DNA of 64,000 bases, taken from an uncultured Acidobacteriota bacterium. Its GTDB lineage: Bacteria; Acidobacteriota; UBA6911. This document shows positions 40,972 through 50,636 of the stretch, one piece after another; the first letter of the stretch is position 1; each line of letters opens with the position of its first letter. The notes beneath the pieces are model-generated. The model saw nothing but the letters and a program-made list of their open reading frames with translations, searched no databases and was not told where the DNA came from. Where the stretch lies: NCBI GenBank assembly GCA_963827655.1, contig CAWHCF010000026.1:32001-96000 (forward strand). Direction: 5' to 3'. Both the position numbers and the translations under genes were made by a program.

Positions 40972-43393
40972 ATGAACTGGACACAGGACCTTCGCTTTGC
41001 GTTTCGGATGATCCGCAAGAATCCGTGGTTTTCGGCGGCCATCGTGATGACCCTCGCCGTGGGGATGGGCGTCAACACCACGGTGTTCAGCCTGGTCAAC
41101 GGCGTGCTGTACAAGCCGCTCCCCTTTCCGGGCGGCGAGCGGCTTGTGATGGTGTCGGCCGACAACGTCTCACGCGCTCGGGACTTCGTGAACATGTCCT
41201 ACCCGGACTTTCGCGACTTCCGAGAGGCGGCGAACGCGTTCGAGCACCTGGAAGCCTTTACCGGCGAACCGATGAGCCTGGGCGAACGCGGAAATCCGCC
41301 GCAGCGCTATCGAGGGATGCGGCTCAGCGCGGGCATGTTCGAGATGCTGCGTGTGACGCCGGTCCTCGGCCGCGGTTTTGTCGCTTCCGACGAGAAGGCG
41401 GGAGCCGGAGCGGTTGTGCTGCTCGGGCACGGAGTCTGGAAGGAGCGTTACGGGAAGGATGCCGGTGTCATCGGGCGAGCCGTGCGCATCAACGAAAAGC
41501 CGGCGGTCATTGCCGGCGTCATGCCGGAGGGTTTCAAATTCCCGAACAATGAAGATTTATGGATGCCGGCCGTTCCCGATGCGCAGCTCGAGCGCCGGGA
41601 CAACCGCAGATTCAGGCTGGTTGGGATTCTGAAAGAAGGCCGTTCGATCGCCGAAGCCCAGGCCGACCTGGGCGTGGTGGCGCACCGCCTGCAACAGCAG
41701 TTTCCCGACAGCCACAAGGACCACGGGATACGCGTCCAGACCTTCCATGAGGTGATGAACGGCGGGACCATCCGGCTGGTCTTTTTACTCATGCTGGGGG
41801 CGGTCGGCTTCGTCCTCCTGATCGCCTGCGCGAACGTGGCGAACATGCTGCTGAGCCGCGCGGTCAATCGCGCCCGGGAAGTTTCAATCCGGGCGGCGCT
41901 CGGCGCCGGCCGCTGGCGGATCATCCGGCAGCTCCTGATCGAGAGCGTCGTCCTTGCGCTGCTGGGCGGGTTGCTGGGCCTGTTTCTGGCGCGCTGGGGA
42001 ATCCATGGTTTCTCGCTGGCCGTGGAGAATGTGGGCAAGCCGTACTGGGTCGAATTCTCCATGGACTACGTGGTGTTTGGATATTTCGCCGCGATCATCG
42101 TGCTGTCGGGGATCGTCTTCGGCCTTGCCCCGGCACTGCAGACGTCGAGGGTGGATCTCAGCCAGGCGCTGAAGGAGGGCGCGCGCAGCGCAGGCGGAAG
42201 TCACGGCGGCTTTGTAACGGGCGCGCTGGTGGTGGTCCAGTTCACGCTGGCCGTTGTGCTGCTGAGCGGCGCCGGACTGATGATGCGCAGCTTCCTGCTG
42301 GCGCAGGACGAGTTTTCCTTTCTGCATGGCGAGCGGGTCCTGGCGGCGCGAGTCGGGCTCCCGGAGAGCCGGTATCCGAAACCCGAAGACAGGCAGCAGT
42401 TCTACGAGAAACTCGTGGGGCGGCTGGGATCTCTGCCGGGAGCGCAGGTGGTCTCGTTCGTATCGAATGTTCCGAATGGCGGCTCGGCCGGATGGAGGTT
42501 TGAGCTGGAGGGGCAGGCCATTCCCGAAGCCGAGCGCCGGCCCGCCGCGGCGGGTGTGGTGGCATCGAAAGATTATTTCCGGCTGCTCGGCCTCGCCGTG
42601 GTGCGGGGGCGTGAATTCGAAGACTATGACGGACTGCCGGGCAAGGAAGCGGCGATCGTGAGCCAGCAATTTGTGGCCCGCCACTACCCAAACCAGGATC
42701 CTATCGGTAAACGGCTGCGCCTGTTCGGTCCAAAAAACGAGCCCAAGGCCTGGATGACCATCATCGGGGTGGTGCCGGGCTTCAGGCAGAACGATCCCAG
42801 CAATCCCACGAACGACTCGCAGGTATTTGTCCCGCACCGCTTCGACAGTTACGCGGGAATGACGATTTTGATTCGAACCCAGGGCGCGCCCGCCTCGCTG
42901 GCGCAGGCAGTCCGGAGCGAGGTTCAGTTGCTGGACGAAGACCTGCCGCTTTTTAATGTGGAATCGCTCGAGGATTACTTCCGCCGCGCCAGGTGGCAGT
43001 GGCGGGTGTTCGGAACTTTGTTCCTGATCTTCGCGGTCGTTGCCCTGGGGATGGCTGCGGTCGGGATCTACGCGGTGATGGCGCACGGCACGAGTCGCCG
43101 GACGCAGGAGATCGGAATCCGGCTGGCTCTGGGAGCCGGATTTGGCGATATCATGCGGCTGGTCCTGCGCCGGGGATTGCTGCAACTCACTTCTGGGTAT
43201 GGTCCTCGGGGTGAGCGCGGCTCTGGCCGTCTGTCAATTGATGGCGCGGCTCTTGTTCAAGGTCTCACCGCGGGACCCGATAACGTTCGCGCTTGTTGCG
43301 ATAGCGCTGGCGACGGCGGGGCTGCTGGCCTGCTGGATACCGGCGCGCAGGGCAGCAAGACTCAACCCGGTGCGCGCGTTGAGATACGAGTGA
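40972..43393 (+). CDS. ADOP-type ABC permease; frameshift near 43190
   Basis: QDLRFAFR, LLIACANVANMLL and EIGIRLALGA; the true C-terminus RRAARLNPVRALRYE is in ORF 43142..43393. Confidence 0.92.
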
Positions 43394-43413
43394 GAGGCGT
43401 GGAAAAAAGAGTC

Positions 43414-43651
43414 TGTGGCGCGGGTCATCAAAGACCGTTTCAAAACCTCCCGATACCTGTGCGGACGGGCTATCAAGCCCGTCCGGCCCCCTAGTGGCAC
43501 AAAAGAACTTTTTGAGGCTAAATCCTCCCGATCACGTTACTTGCGACAGGTCTCTGATGACCCAGTCGCCACAGAAGGCTTCGGAAAGTGTCTGAGCCAC
43601 ATTCCAGGGTAGAGTTGACTTTGGCGAACGCCTCTAATGACCCGCGCCACA
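43414..43651. mobile_element. Composite palindromic element (REP/MITE-like), copy 1
   Basis: Terminal IR tgtggcgcgggtcat/atgacccgcgccaca and internal hairpin cggacgggct-atca-agcccgtccg; collinear inverted copy at 55566. Confidence 0.75.
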
Positions 43652-43729
43652 AAAGCCAAAAGGCTGCCGGTCAATCGAGAGCCGTTCGCTGAATTTCTTC
43701 ACAGCTTCTGAGGCCGGGACAACAACTTA

Positions 43730-44695
43730 TTACTCCCCTCGAACCGCTGCTGCGGGCATCGATCGAGTATTCCGCTCAACCAGGGCGCGAGCGACAGGCG
43801 CCAGCTTTTCGAGCTGCGCGGATGCCAGTGGAGACAAGTAGGGAAGTACAGGGCCGGTCCGAGCCACACCGGCCAGTTCGGTCGCAGCGTGGAGCACCCG
43901 GGCGGGCCCCCAGGAGTCGCGCAGGTCTTCCAGAGGCAGAAACTCCTGACGCAACGTCTCGGCGCTGTCATAGTCCTCTCGACGGCAGGCGTCGAAGAGC
44001 TGGTTGCTCAATGCGGGCGCGATGCACCCGGACCCTGTGGTGAATCCGGGAAGCTTCCACTGGCGCATGTGGGCGATGGCAGGACGCTCTCCGATCCCGC
44101 TTACCACCCTCGATCGGTCCACGCGCCGCAACAGGCCTTCCAGATAAGGATCAATGCGCGGATCCGCTCGAACGATCGCATACTTGATCCCGACACATAT
44201 CCCGGCGTCTACCAGCCGGGCGACCGCATCGAGCCCGGCGTCGCGGTCCGTGCCAAAGCTGTTTTCATCCTTGAAATACAGGATCAAGGGCATCTCCGCA
44301 GCTTCGGCGACTTCGCGCAGTCCCTGTTCAATGCCCCCTGGGTCTCGAGGATCCGCGCACGGGAGCATCATGACACAGGGGAAATTGTATTTCCGAAGCA
44401 CACGCGCCTGGTCCAGCGCGCGCCCGTAAGACGGTCCGGCGCTGGGGAGCATCCAGAGATCGCCCGGAAACGCGGACAACCACTCCAATAACACTTCGTA
44501 CTCCGCCAACGTAATATGATAGAGAAAAGCATTGCCGCCATAGACGAGGCGGGTTATGCCGCCGGACGAAATGTGATGGGCGATCCGGTCATTCTCGAGC
44601 CGGTCGAACTTTCGCCCCTCGTCGGCCTTGCGTGCCAGGGGCGGGACGGCAAATACACCGCGTAAGTCTTCCAGCGATACAGGCGTCTTCTTCAT
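43730..44695 (-). CDS. DHDPS-family aldolase/dehydratase (cytoplasmic)
   Basis: GVFAVPP, YGGNA, LILYFK, GIKYA and FTTGSG. Confidence 0.8.
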   Translation of the reverse strand: MKKTPVSLEDLRGVFAVPPLARKADEGRKFDRLENDRIAHHISSGGITRLVYGGNAFLYHITLAEYEVLLEWLSAFPGDLWMLPSAGPSYGRALDQARVLRKYNFPCVMMLPCADPRDPGGIEQGLREVAEAAEMPLILYFKDENSFGTDRDAGLDAVARLVDAGICVGIKYAIVRADPRIDPYLEGLLRRVDRSRVVSGIGERPAIAHMRQWKLPGFTTGSGCIAPALSNQLFDACRREDYDSAETLRQEFLPLEDLRDSWGPARVLHAATELAGVARTGPVLPYLSPLASAQLEKLAPVARALVERNTRSMPAAAVRGE

Positions 44696-44709
44696 CAGGC
44701 AATCCTCCT

Positions 44710-44757
44710 CGTTTCGTGGTGTCTTCGTGGTCGATGCTGCCGAACAAATCAACCACG
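44710..44757. repeat. Degenerate family A doublet at an operon junction
   Basis: ttcgtggtgtcttcgtggtc ... aacaaatcaaccacg, abutting the stop codon of the ACT gene. Confidence 0.65.
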
Positions 44758-45195
44758 CTATCTTTTCTTTTGCAGCGTCGCCTTCTTGATCAGGGCGGTG
44801 GCTTTGCGGGCGTCATCCTCGGTTTCGAAGCCGAATACGGCGGAGTATCTTCTCCCGATGACTTGCGCGACCATAAACCCGAAGTTTATACCTGCGTCCG
44901 CGACCGAACGGGCGATGGCGTATCCCAAGCCAGGCCTGTTGTCCCCCTCGACCAGCAGAGTGGGAATTGACGACGGGCTCAGCCCTGACCCCCTGGCAGC
45001 CGCCGCATTCTTTTTGCCTGTGACGGGATACAACTCGATGGCCGCCTTGCTTTCGTTCCCCGGGAAGCGATAGCCCATCACTACCTGCAAGTCGGTTCCC
45101 GCTCCGGCAAAGGGCTCCAGCGCACGGGCGAGAATTCCCGGCGTGTTCGCGACTTCCGCCCGCCAGAGCGTTATCTTTTTCACCGTCACCGCCAT
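44758..45195 (-). CDS. Stand-alone tandem ACT-domain protein
   Basis: Two ACT-like motifs, NTPGILARAL and DNRPGLGYAIA. Confidence 0.75.
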   Translation of the reverse strand: MAVTVKKITLWRAEVANTPGILARALEPFAGAGTDLQVVMGYRFPGNESKAAIELYPVTGKKNAAAARGSGLSPSSIPTLLVEGDNRPGLGYAIARSVADAGINFGFMVAQVIGRRYSAVFGFETEDDARKATALIKKATLQKKR

Positions 45196-45216
45196 TATCG
45201 TTCCTCCCTTAAGCGA

Positions 45217-46474
45217 TCAATTCTGGGGCCGCGTTTTATCCCAGTCAGGCCTGGATAATCCGTTCAGATCCCAGACGACTCGACCTTCACGGATGGTCAA
45301 TTCGCACTCGAGCTTCTGGGTTCCCATCATCTTGCCGCCGCCGACATCAATAAATCCGAAGTTTCCCTTTTTGAGACTCAGCACGACGAGGTCAGCCGTA
45401 GAACCGGCTCCCAGGCTCCCCAGCTCTGGTTCTCTTGATCTGCCGGGCCGGATTCCAGGTAGACCGCAGGATGACGTCCTGGATCGACATGCCGAGGTTC
45501 AGGAACTTGGACATGACGTTGAGCATGTCCTTCATCCCGGCGTTCATGCTGCCCGTGTGAAGATCGGTGCTGATTGAATCGGGTATGAACCCCTGCTTCA
45601 TGGCCGGCACCGCCTGGCTGAAAAGAAAGCTGCCTCCGCCGTGGCCCACGTCGAACAACACGCCCCGTTTGCGGGCTTCAAAGAGATACGGCATGACTTT
45701 GCCTTGACTGTCCAGCATCGGCACTCGTCCCAGATAGGTATGAGTATACATATCGCCTGGCCGAAGATGCTTCAGCACGAGCTCCTGGAAGGGACGTTCG
45801 GGCACGAAATCACCGAAGTCTACCATGATCGGGACATTCGTCATCTTGCCGGCCTCTACCGCCCGGTCGACCGGGTCCCACTCGGGCCCCTGATAGTGAG
45901 CCGTCTTGATTCCTACAATGATTCCCGGATATTGTCGGATCCGCATTGCAGTCAATCTGGCATCCATGTCGGCGAGGTTTTGCTCGACGGGACCTCCGCG
46001 CATGCCTGAGCCTACAATGTTGATCAGAGCGAGTACTCGAGTCCTGGCCTGGTCAATCACCTGGTCTTTGAACTGCCGGAAATTCCGCCAACCACTCCCG
46101 CCGGCGTCCACTACCGTGGTCACTCCGCTGCGAAAGGTGAAGCCGTCCGGAGGTACACTGCTGGTGCCGTTGCTCAGGTAAGCATCGGGTTCGGTGCCGT
46201 AGAAAACGTGAACGTGAATGTCTATCAGGCCCGGAGTCACAAACAATCCGGGAACATTGACCACCTGTCGGGCCTGTGCGGCTGGAATGCTGGAGGCCAC
46301 CTGGCTGATTTTGCCGCCCGTAATGCCGACATCCATGACGGAGTCAATCTGATTCCTGGGGTCAATAACATGTCCGCCTTTAATAAGGAGGTCAAATTGT
46401 TGCCCCCGTGCAATAGCGGCGAAAGCCCAGAGATACAAGCCCACGGCAACAAAGACGCTTTTTTGTGCTCGCAA
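45217..46474 (-). CDS. Amidohydrolase/deacetylase (dihydroorotase-like, EF_0837-type) with signal peptide; frameshift near 45430
   Basis: PGLIDIHVH, GVTTVVDAG, FDVGHGGGSF, SISTDLH and TWNPA; C-terminus continues to a TGA at 45217. Confidence 0.88.
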
Positions 46475-46522
46475 TTCTCCTCCTGCTGTTGCAATTTACT
46501 TCACTATAAACCGAGGTGAGTC

Positions 46523-46978
46523 ATGAAACAAAAATCAAAACTTCAATCTCGACGCGAGTTATTTCACGCCGGCGTTCTGGGTCTGGTTGGAACCGGTGCG
46601 ATGCAAGCGACGGACTCCTGGACGCCCAAGAAGAAGCGGGTAGAGGGCCCGATCCGCTCGGGACATCTTCTGTTCTTGAGCGGGATCGGAGGCTGGTATC
46701 CGGAGCGCCGCCCCGAGGGTCCTGGCGACATCCGCCGGCAGACTGGAGATGCGCTGGGGATCATGAAGGCTTCCCTGGAAAAGGCGGGTTCCTCCATGGC
46801 AAATGTCTTGAAGGTCCAGGTCTCGCTCGTCGATCCGGAGCGAAACTGGCAACCCATGGACGAGGTCTACAACACTTTTTTCCCCGAGCCCAGGCCCGCG
46901 CGATCCTACTGGGGCTCTACCGGGTTTCGGCGGCCCGGTCAGCTTCTCCAGATTGACTGCATCGCCTACGTCGACTAG
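46523..46978 (+). CDS. RidA/YjgF-family protein with Tat-like signal
   Basis: SRRELF plus h-region; LFLSG, NVLKV, PRPARS (catalytic Arg) and QIDCIA. Confidence 0.88.
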   Translation: MKQKSKLQSRRELFHAGVLGLVGTGAMQATDSWTPKKKRVEGPIRSGHLLFLSGIGGWYPERRPEGPGDIRRQTGDALGIMKASLEKAGSSMANVLKVQVSLVDPERNWQPMDEVYNTFFPEPRPARSYWGSTGFRRPGQLLQIDCIAYVD

Positions 46979-46982
46979 GTTG

Positions 46983-47072
46983 CTTCGCGTTTCTTAGTGT
47001 CTTCGTGTCTTCGTGGTTAGTGGGGCCAACAAATACCACAAGGATACAACGTCACGAAGAAACACCAGGAAT
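46983..47072. repeat. Family A inverted doublet directly after the RidA stop codon
   Basis: Forward arm 46983..47020; full reverse copy 47028..47072. Confidence 0.9.
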
Positions 47073-47120
47073 CTCCGTTGTCAAAGAACAAGAGCACCAG
47101 CGAGCGACATATAGAAACGT

Positions 47121-47545
47121 CAACTAGGCGCGCTTCGCTTCAGATTTCCGGCTCCTGGCCATAGATCAGAATGGCTTCCTCGGCGATCATTTCGGCAAAG
47201 GCGTTCCCGTCTCGCCGCATCGCGCGGAACTCCCCAGGAGTGTACACCAGGAGATCAACGGCACCCACCTCCGTCGGCAAAAGACGTGCGGCTTCCAGCA
47301 GACGATCGAAAAACGGGACATCTGTTTCTTTGATGACGACTACGTCCACGTCGCTCAATTCGTCCGCTTCTTTTCGAGCCCACGAGCCGAAAAGATAGAT
47401 GCACTTGGGCTCATAAGCAACCAAGGCGTCTCTTATTCGATCAACGTAGCTCCTTGAGTCGCAACTCTATTTCGTCTTGGGTTGCTGTCTCGTCACGCAG
47501 CTAGACCACAAAGACACAAAGAAACACCAACTAGGCGCGCTTCGC
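47121..47545. mobile_element. Insertion bounded by exact 18-bp direct repeats
   Basis: caactaggcgcgcttcgc at 47121..47138 and 47528..47545; the second copy includes the 3' end and stop codon of the SelA-like gene. Confidence 0.8.
47140..47424 (-). CDS. Minimal nucleotidyltransferase (MNT, type VII TA antitoxin-like); 5' end uncertain; partner gene truncated
   Basis: IYLFGSWAR..SDVDVVVI and VDLLVYTP; an overlapping ATG at 47162 gives only MARSRKSEAKRA*. Confidence 0.85.
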   Translation of the reverse strand: MVAYEPKCIYLFGSWARKEADELSDVDVVVIKETDVPFFDRLLEAARLLPTEVGAVDLLVYTPGEFRAMRRDGNAFAEMIAEEAILIYGQEPEI

Positions 47546-49078
47546 GGTCCAGCGGGCTTTGCCGTACTCCCCGAGGTCGAGATCGCCCGATAATCGGTCG
47601 GCGGATACCTGTCCGGTAAACCTGTAACTCAGGTTGATTCCTTCGCAGGGGAGGACGCTGCGCATCTGAATGTTTCCGCCATCGATGGTGCCACTCAAGT
47701 CGCCACGCGCTCTGCGCCCGAGATGGAGGCCGGAGACGCGATTATCTTTAACGTCCAGGATCATGGTGTGGCGCGCCGAACCGGAGGCAAAAGCCACGTC
47801 CACTTCCCAGCGCCCGGCTACATCGACCGACGGAGGCGCGGGAGCAGGTTTCTGCGCTCCCTTTGGAGCCTGGCTGAAAACTTCCCGGAGGCGGCGGGCT
47901 ACAAGCAGGTGATCGCCCTGTTTTATCGATACGGGTCGGATGGTGAAAGAATACCCGGTTCCGGTGGCGTGCGACATGATCCGAGGCTCGCCACTGACCA
48001 GCTTTTCGTACAGCTCGCCGGCCGTAATCGCAACCTTGTCAGGGTCCCACTCCACGTTCATCACGGGAAACGGACTGGCGCCGGCCGGAGGGACCATCTT
48101 GGTACGGACGCCGTCCACCTTGGTTATCGCGTCGCTGATATCGGTCAGCCAGGATTCCCACTGCCGATATTCTTTCTGGATGTCGCGAGTGGTTACCCAA
48201 ACCTCGATCGCCGCCAGCATTCCCATGATTTCTTCTTTGCCGACTTTCATCATGCGACCGAAGGCATGGTGCGGTGCGCTATTGACCCAGGCGGCCTGAA
48301 CCAGATCTTTGCGCCCCAACAATAATCCCGCGCACTGCGGGCCCCGAATGATCTTCCCGCCGCTATAAGCCACCAGGTCGGCGCCCCGTGACAGATAGGG
48401 ATTGGGTTTCAGCGGGAGCTCGGCGGCGGCGTCGACCAGCACAGGCACATTCATTTTGTGTGCCGCTTTCGCCATTTCTTCCAGCCGGATCTTCCCTCTG
48501 GCTTCGCCCGTACCCAGAACCGCCACCATCGCCGTATGGCGTCCCAGGGCCGCGTGGAATTCCTGCTCCGAGTCCACTTCGACTACTTGCACACCCACGG
48601 TCCGGATCGCGTGGTCATATTCGTTGCGCGACTGCTTCGGCATGATGACTTCGTTCTTCAGACCGGTCAGGTTCGGTAACTGCTTCATGTTCTCCGGATC
48701 GGCCCCCGCCACGCAAGCCGCGGTGGCGTGTGTCAGGCCAGCAGCGGCTCCCGAGGTCACAATTCCCGATTCACAACCCAATAACTCGGACAGGCGGACG
48801 CCGACTCGCTCCATCAGCTCGTCGATATTGACCGAGTGGTACGAAGCTTCTTCCATGGCCTTCTTGACTTCGGGCAATGTCAGGGTGCCGCCGTTGATCG
48901 TAAGGGTGGCCGTGAGGTTGATGAAAGGTCGAACGCCGATTCGGGTGTAGATGTTGGGAGTGCCGTGAGAAGGCGGAGTGTCCGCCGCGTCCGTCGTTCG
49001 GGCAACCGCGCCGGTAGCCGCGGCCAGTCCTGCGGCCTGGAAGACTTCCCGCCGGGTGATCTTGGATCGAGGGTTCAT
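47531..49078 (-). CDS. SelA-related/DgaE-like PLP enzyme with Tat signal and C-terminal beta domain
   Basis: TRREVF signal, RPFINLTAT, VTSGAAAG, VDAAAE, YSGGK (PLP Lys), RGPQ and MKVGKEEI. Confidence 0.85.
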   Translation of the reverse strand: MNPRSKITRREVFQAAGLAAATGAVARTTDAADTPPSHGTPNIYTRIGVRPFINLTATLTINGGTLTLPEVKKAMEEASYHSVNIDELMERVGVRLSELLGCESGIVTSGAAAGLTHATAACVAGADPENMKQLPNLTGLKNEVIMPKQSRNEYDHAIRTVGVQVVEVDSEQEFHAALGRHTAMVAVLGTGEARGKIRLEEMAKAAHKMNVPVLVDAAAELPLKPNPYLSRGADLVAYSGGKIIRGPQCAGLLLGRKDLVQAAWVNSAPHHAFGRMMKVGKEEIMGMLAAIEVWVTTRDIQKEYRQWESWLTDISDAITKVDGVRTKMVPPAGASPFPVMNVEWDPDKVAITAGELYEKLVSGEPRIMSHATGTGYSFTIRPVSIKQGDHLLVARRLREVFSQAPKGAQKPAPAPPSVDVAGRWEVDVAFASGSARHTMILDVKDNRVSGLHLGRRARGDLSGTIDGGNIQMRSVLPCEGINLSYRFTGQVSADRLSGDLDLGEYGKARWTAKRA

Positions 49079-49236
49079 ATTACCTCCGTTCAGTGTAGGC
49101 GAAAATTTTGGCAAAGATTCTTGGTGTTTCGGTTCGTGTCTGTTAGTGCGCCGAAGCCAACTCCTGGTACGCGTAGTTCGCATTTGCTGCACCGCTGAGC
49201 ACGCAACCGACGACCAGCCAGGGAGCCGCATCACGT

Positions 49237-50133
49237 CTAAGTCTCGAGAGCCCGCCTGCAGTACTCCAGGCACCGCTTGACTTCCTGGACGGTGTCGCTT
49301 CCCTTGTACTCGTATTCGAGGTTGGCGGGTATGTTCCACTTTTGTTCGCGCAACAGCGCGAGCACCGCTTTGATGGGCGTGTCGCCTTCTCCGAAAGGCA
49401 CGTTATCCCCCTGATCCTTCTTGCGGTCTTTAATGTGCAGGGTCACGATCCGGTCGTGGTGCCGGCGCAGGAAGTCGACCGCGTCGAAATTGGCAGCCGT
49501 GAAATGACCGATGTCGAGGTTGATGGCAATGTATTCCGAATTACCCTCCATCGCTCGCGCGAAGCTTTCGGGAGTGGCGAATTCATTCGGATCGGATACC
49601 TTTGAATGGTTATGCATGCCAACCCGGATTTTATGCTTTCGCGCGAAGCCATCGATGCGCTTGGCCGTGCTGACGTTGGACGATGCGGTAATTATCTTGA
49701 CCCCAAGAGCCTTGGCTATCTCAAAGCCGCGTTCCATCTCCGCATCCGTGAAATCGTCCCTGAAGCTCAAATTATAGGCGTAGAGATCGATTCCAGCGCT
49801 GTCGAGCTTGGCGCGGACGGCTTTGATTTGATCCAGGGGAACGGTCAGGCGCCAATTTCGGAGGGCTTCGCGACCCTGAGGTCCTCGCGTTGCTTCGTCT
49901 CTCGGTTCCACATGTCCCTGCCAGAGCTCGCAACTGCTGAGTCCGACCTCCACCATGGCTTTTATTGCTTCGTCCAGGGAACGATCCCGAAAACTATAAG
50001 TCTGAACTCCGATCTGGACCCCTTTGACCTTGGAATCCGGCTTCTTCGCCTGTCCCGGCAAAAAGTCCGGGAAAACAGGTGAGGTAAGGCAGCCGGCCAG
50101 TAGCTTGTTCAGGTCTCTTCTGCTCAGTTTCAT
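49237..50133 (-). CDS. Sugar phosphate isomerase/epimerase (xylose isomerase-like TIM barrel), Tat signal
   Basis: SRRDL, GVQTYSFRD, GMHNH, NLDIGHF, LHIKD and LEYE. Confidence 0.88.
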   Translation of the reverse strand: MKLSRRDLNKLLAGCLTSPVFPDFLPGQAKKPDSKVKGVQIGVQTYSFRDRSLDEAIKAMVEVGLSSCELWQGHVEPRDEATRGPQGREALRNWRLTVPLDQIKAVRAKLDSAGIDLYAYNLSFRDDFTDAEMERGFEIAKALGVKIITASSNVSTAKRIDGFARKHKIRVGMHNHSKVSDPNEFATPESFARAMEGNSEYIAINLDIGHFTAANFDAVDFLRRHHDRIVTLHIKDRKKDQGDNVPFGEGDTPIKAVLALLREQKWNIPANLEYEYKGSDTVQEVKRCLEYCRRALET

Positions 50134-50326
50134 CTCTATCCTCCAGCCGTTCGGGCATCAATGTCGCGTCTGACTGTTGTTCCTCTGTTGTCCGAATGGG
50201 CCTGGCTCGCGGTTACCGACGGGAAAACAAAATGGAACGTCAGAGCGACTGCATCGTTTGAGTTCTGTGCCGGCCTGAGAGCGGAAGTCTACTCCAGGAT
50301 CCGCCAAAATGCGAGAATCGCCTCTA

Positions 50327-50467
50327 GGGCTCGCGCAGAAATAACTTCACATTCTGGCGCGAGAGTCGGTGGTCAATCATGGACCGGTTTCTGTTCGCTA
50401 AGCACGCTGAGGATCGCGCCCCTTCTCGGGCCTGCAGCAGAACGCGAACTTATTTCTGCGCGAACCC
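50327..50467. mobile_element. MITE, shorter inverted relative of 6800..7008
   Basis: TIRs GGGCTCGCGCAGAAATAACTTCACATTC and GGGTTCGCGCAGAAATAAGTTCGCGTTC; TA on both flanks. Confidence 0.85.
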
Positions 50468-50636
50468 TAAACCCGTCCGGGTCGTCCGCAAACGGATCGC
50501 AAGGTCAGGGTTGTTCCGAGAGGGTATGCTGCCGAGCGTAACAGCCAAGGAACCGGCAATGATTTCGACGACCACGAGGCTTCGGGCAGGAATTGTGTTG
50601 CGGTGGGGTCCGTTCGGCTAAGCCGAGCTCACGGTT

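Noticed and set aside
47531-49078. Selenocysteine synthase selA
   Set aside because: No selB, selC or selD nearby; the Tat-like signal and amidohydrolase/RidA context fit the SelA-related DgaE-like group better.
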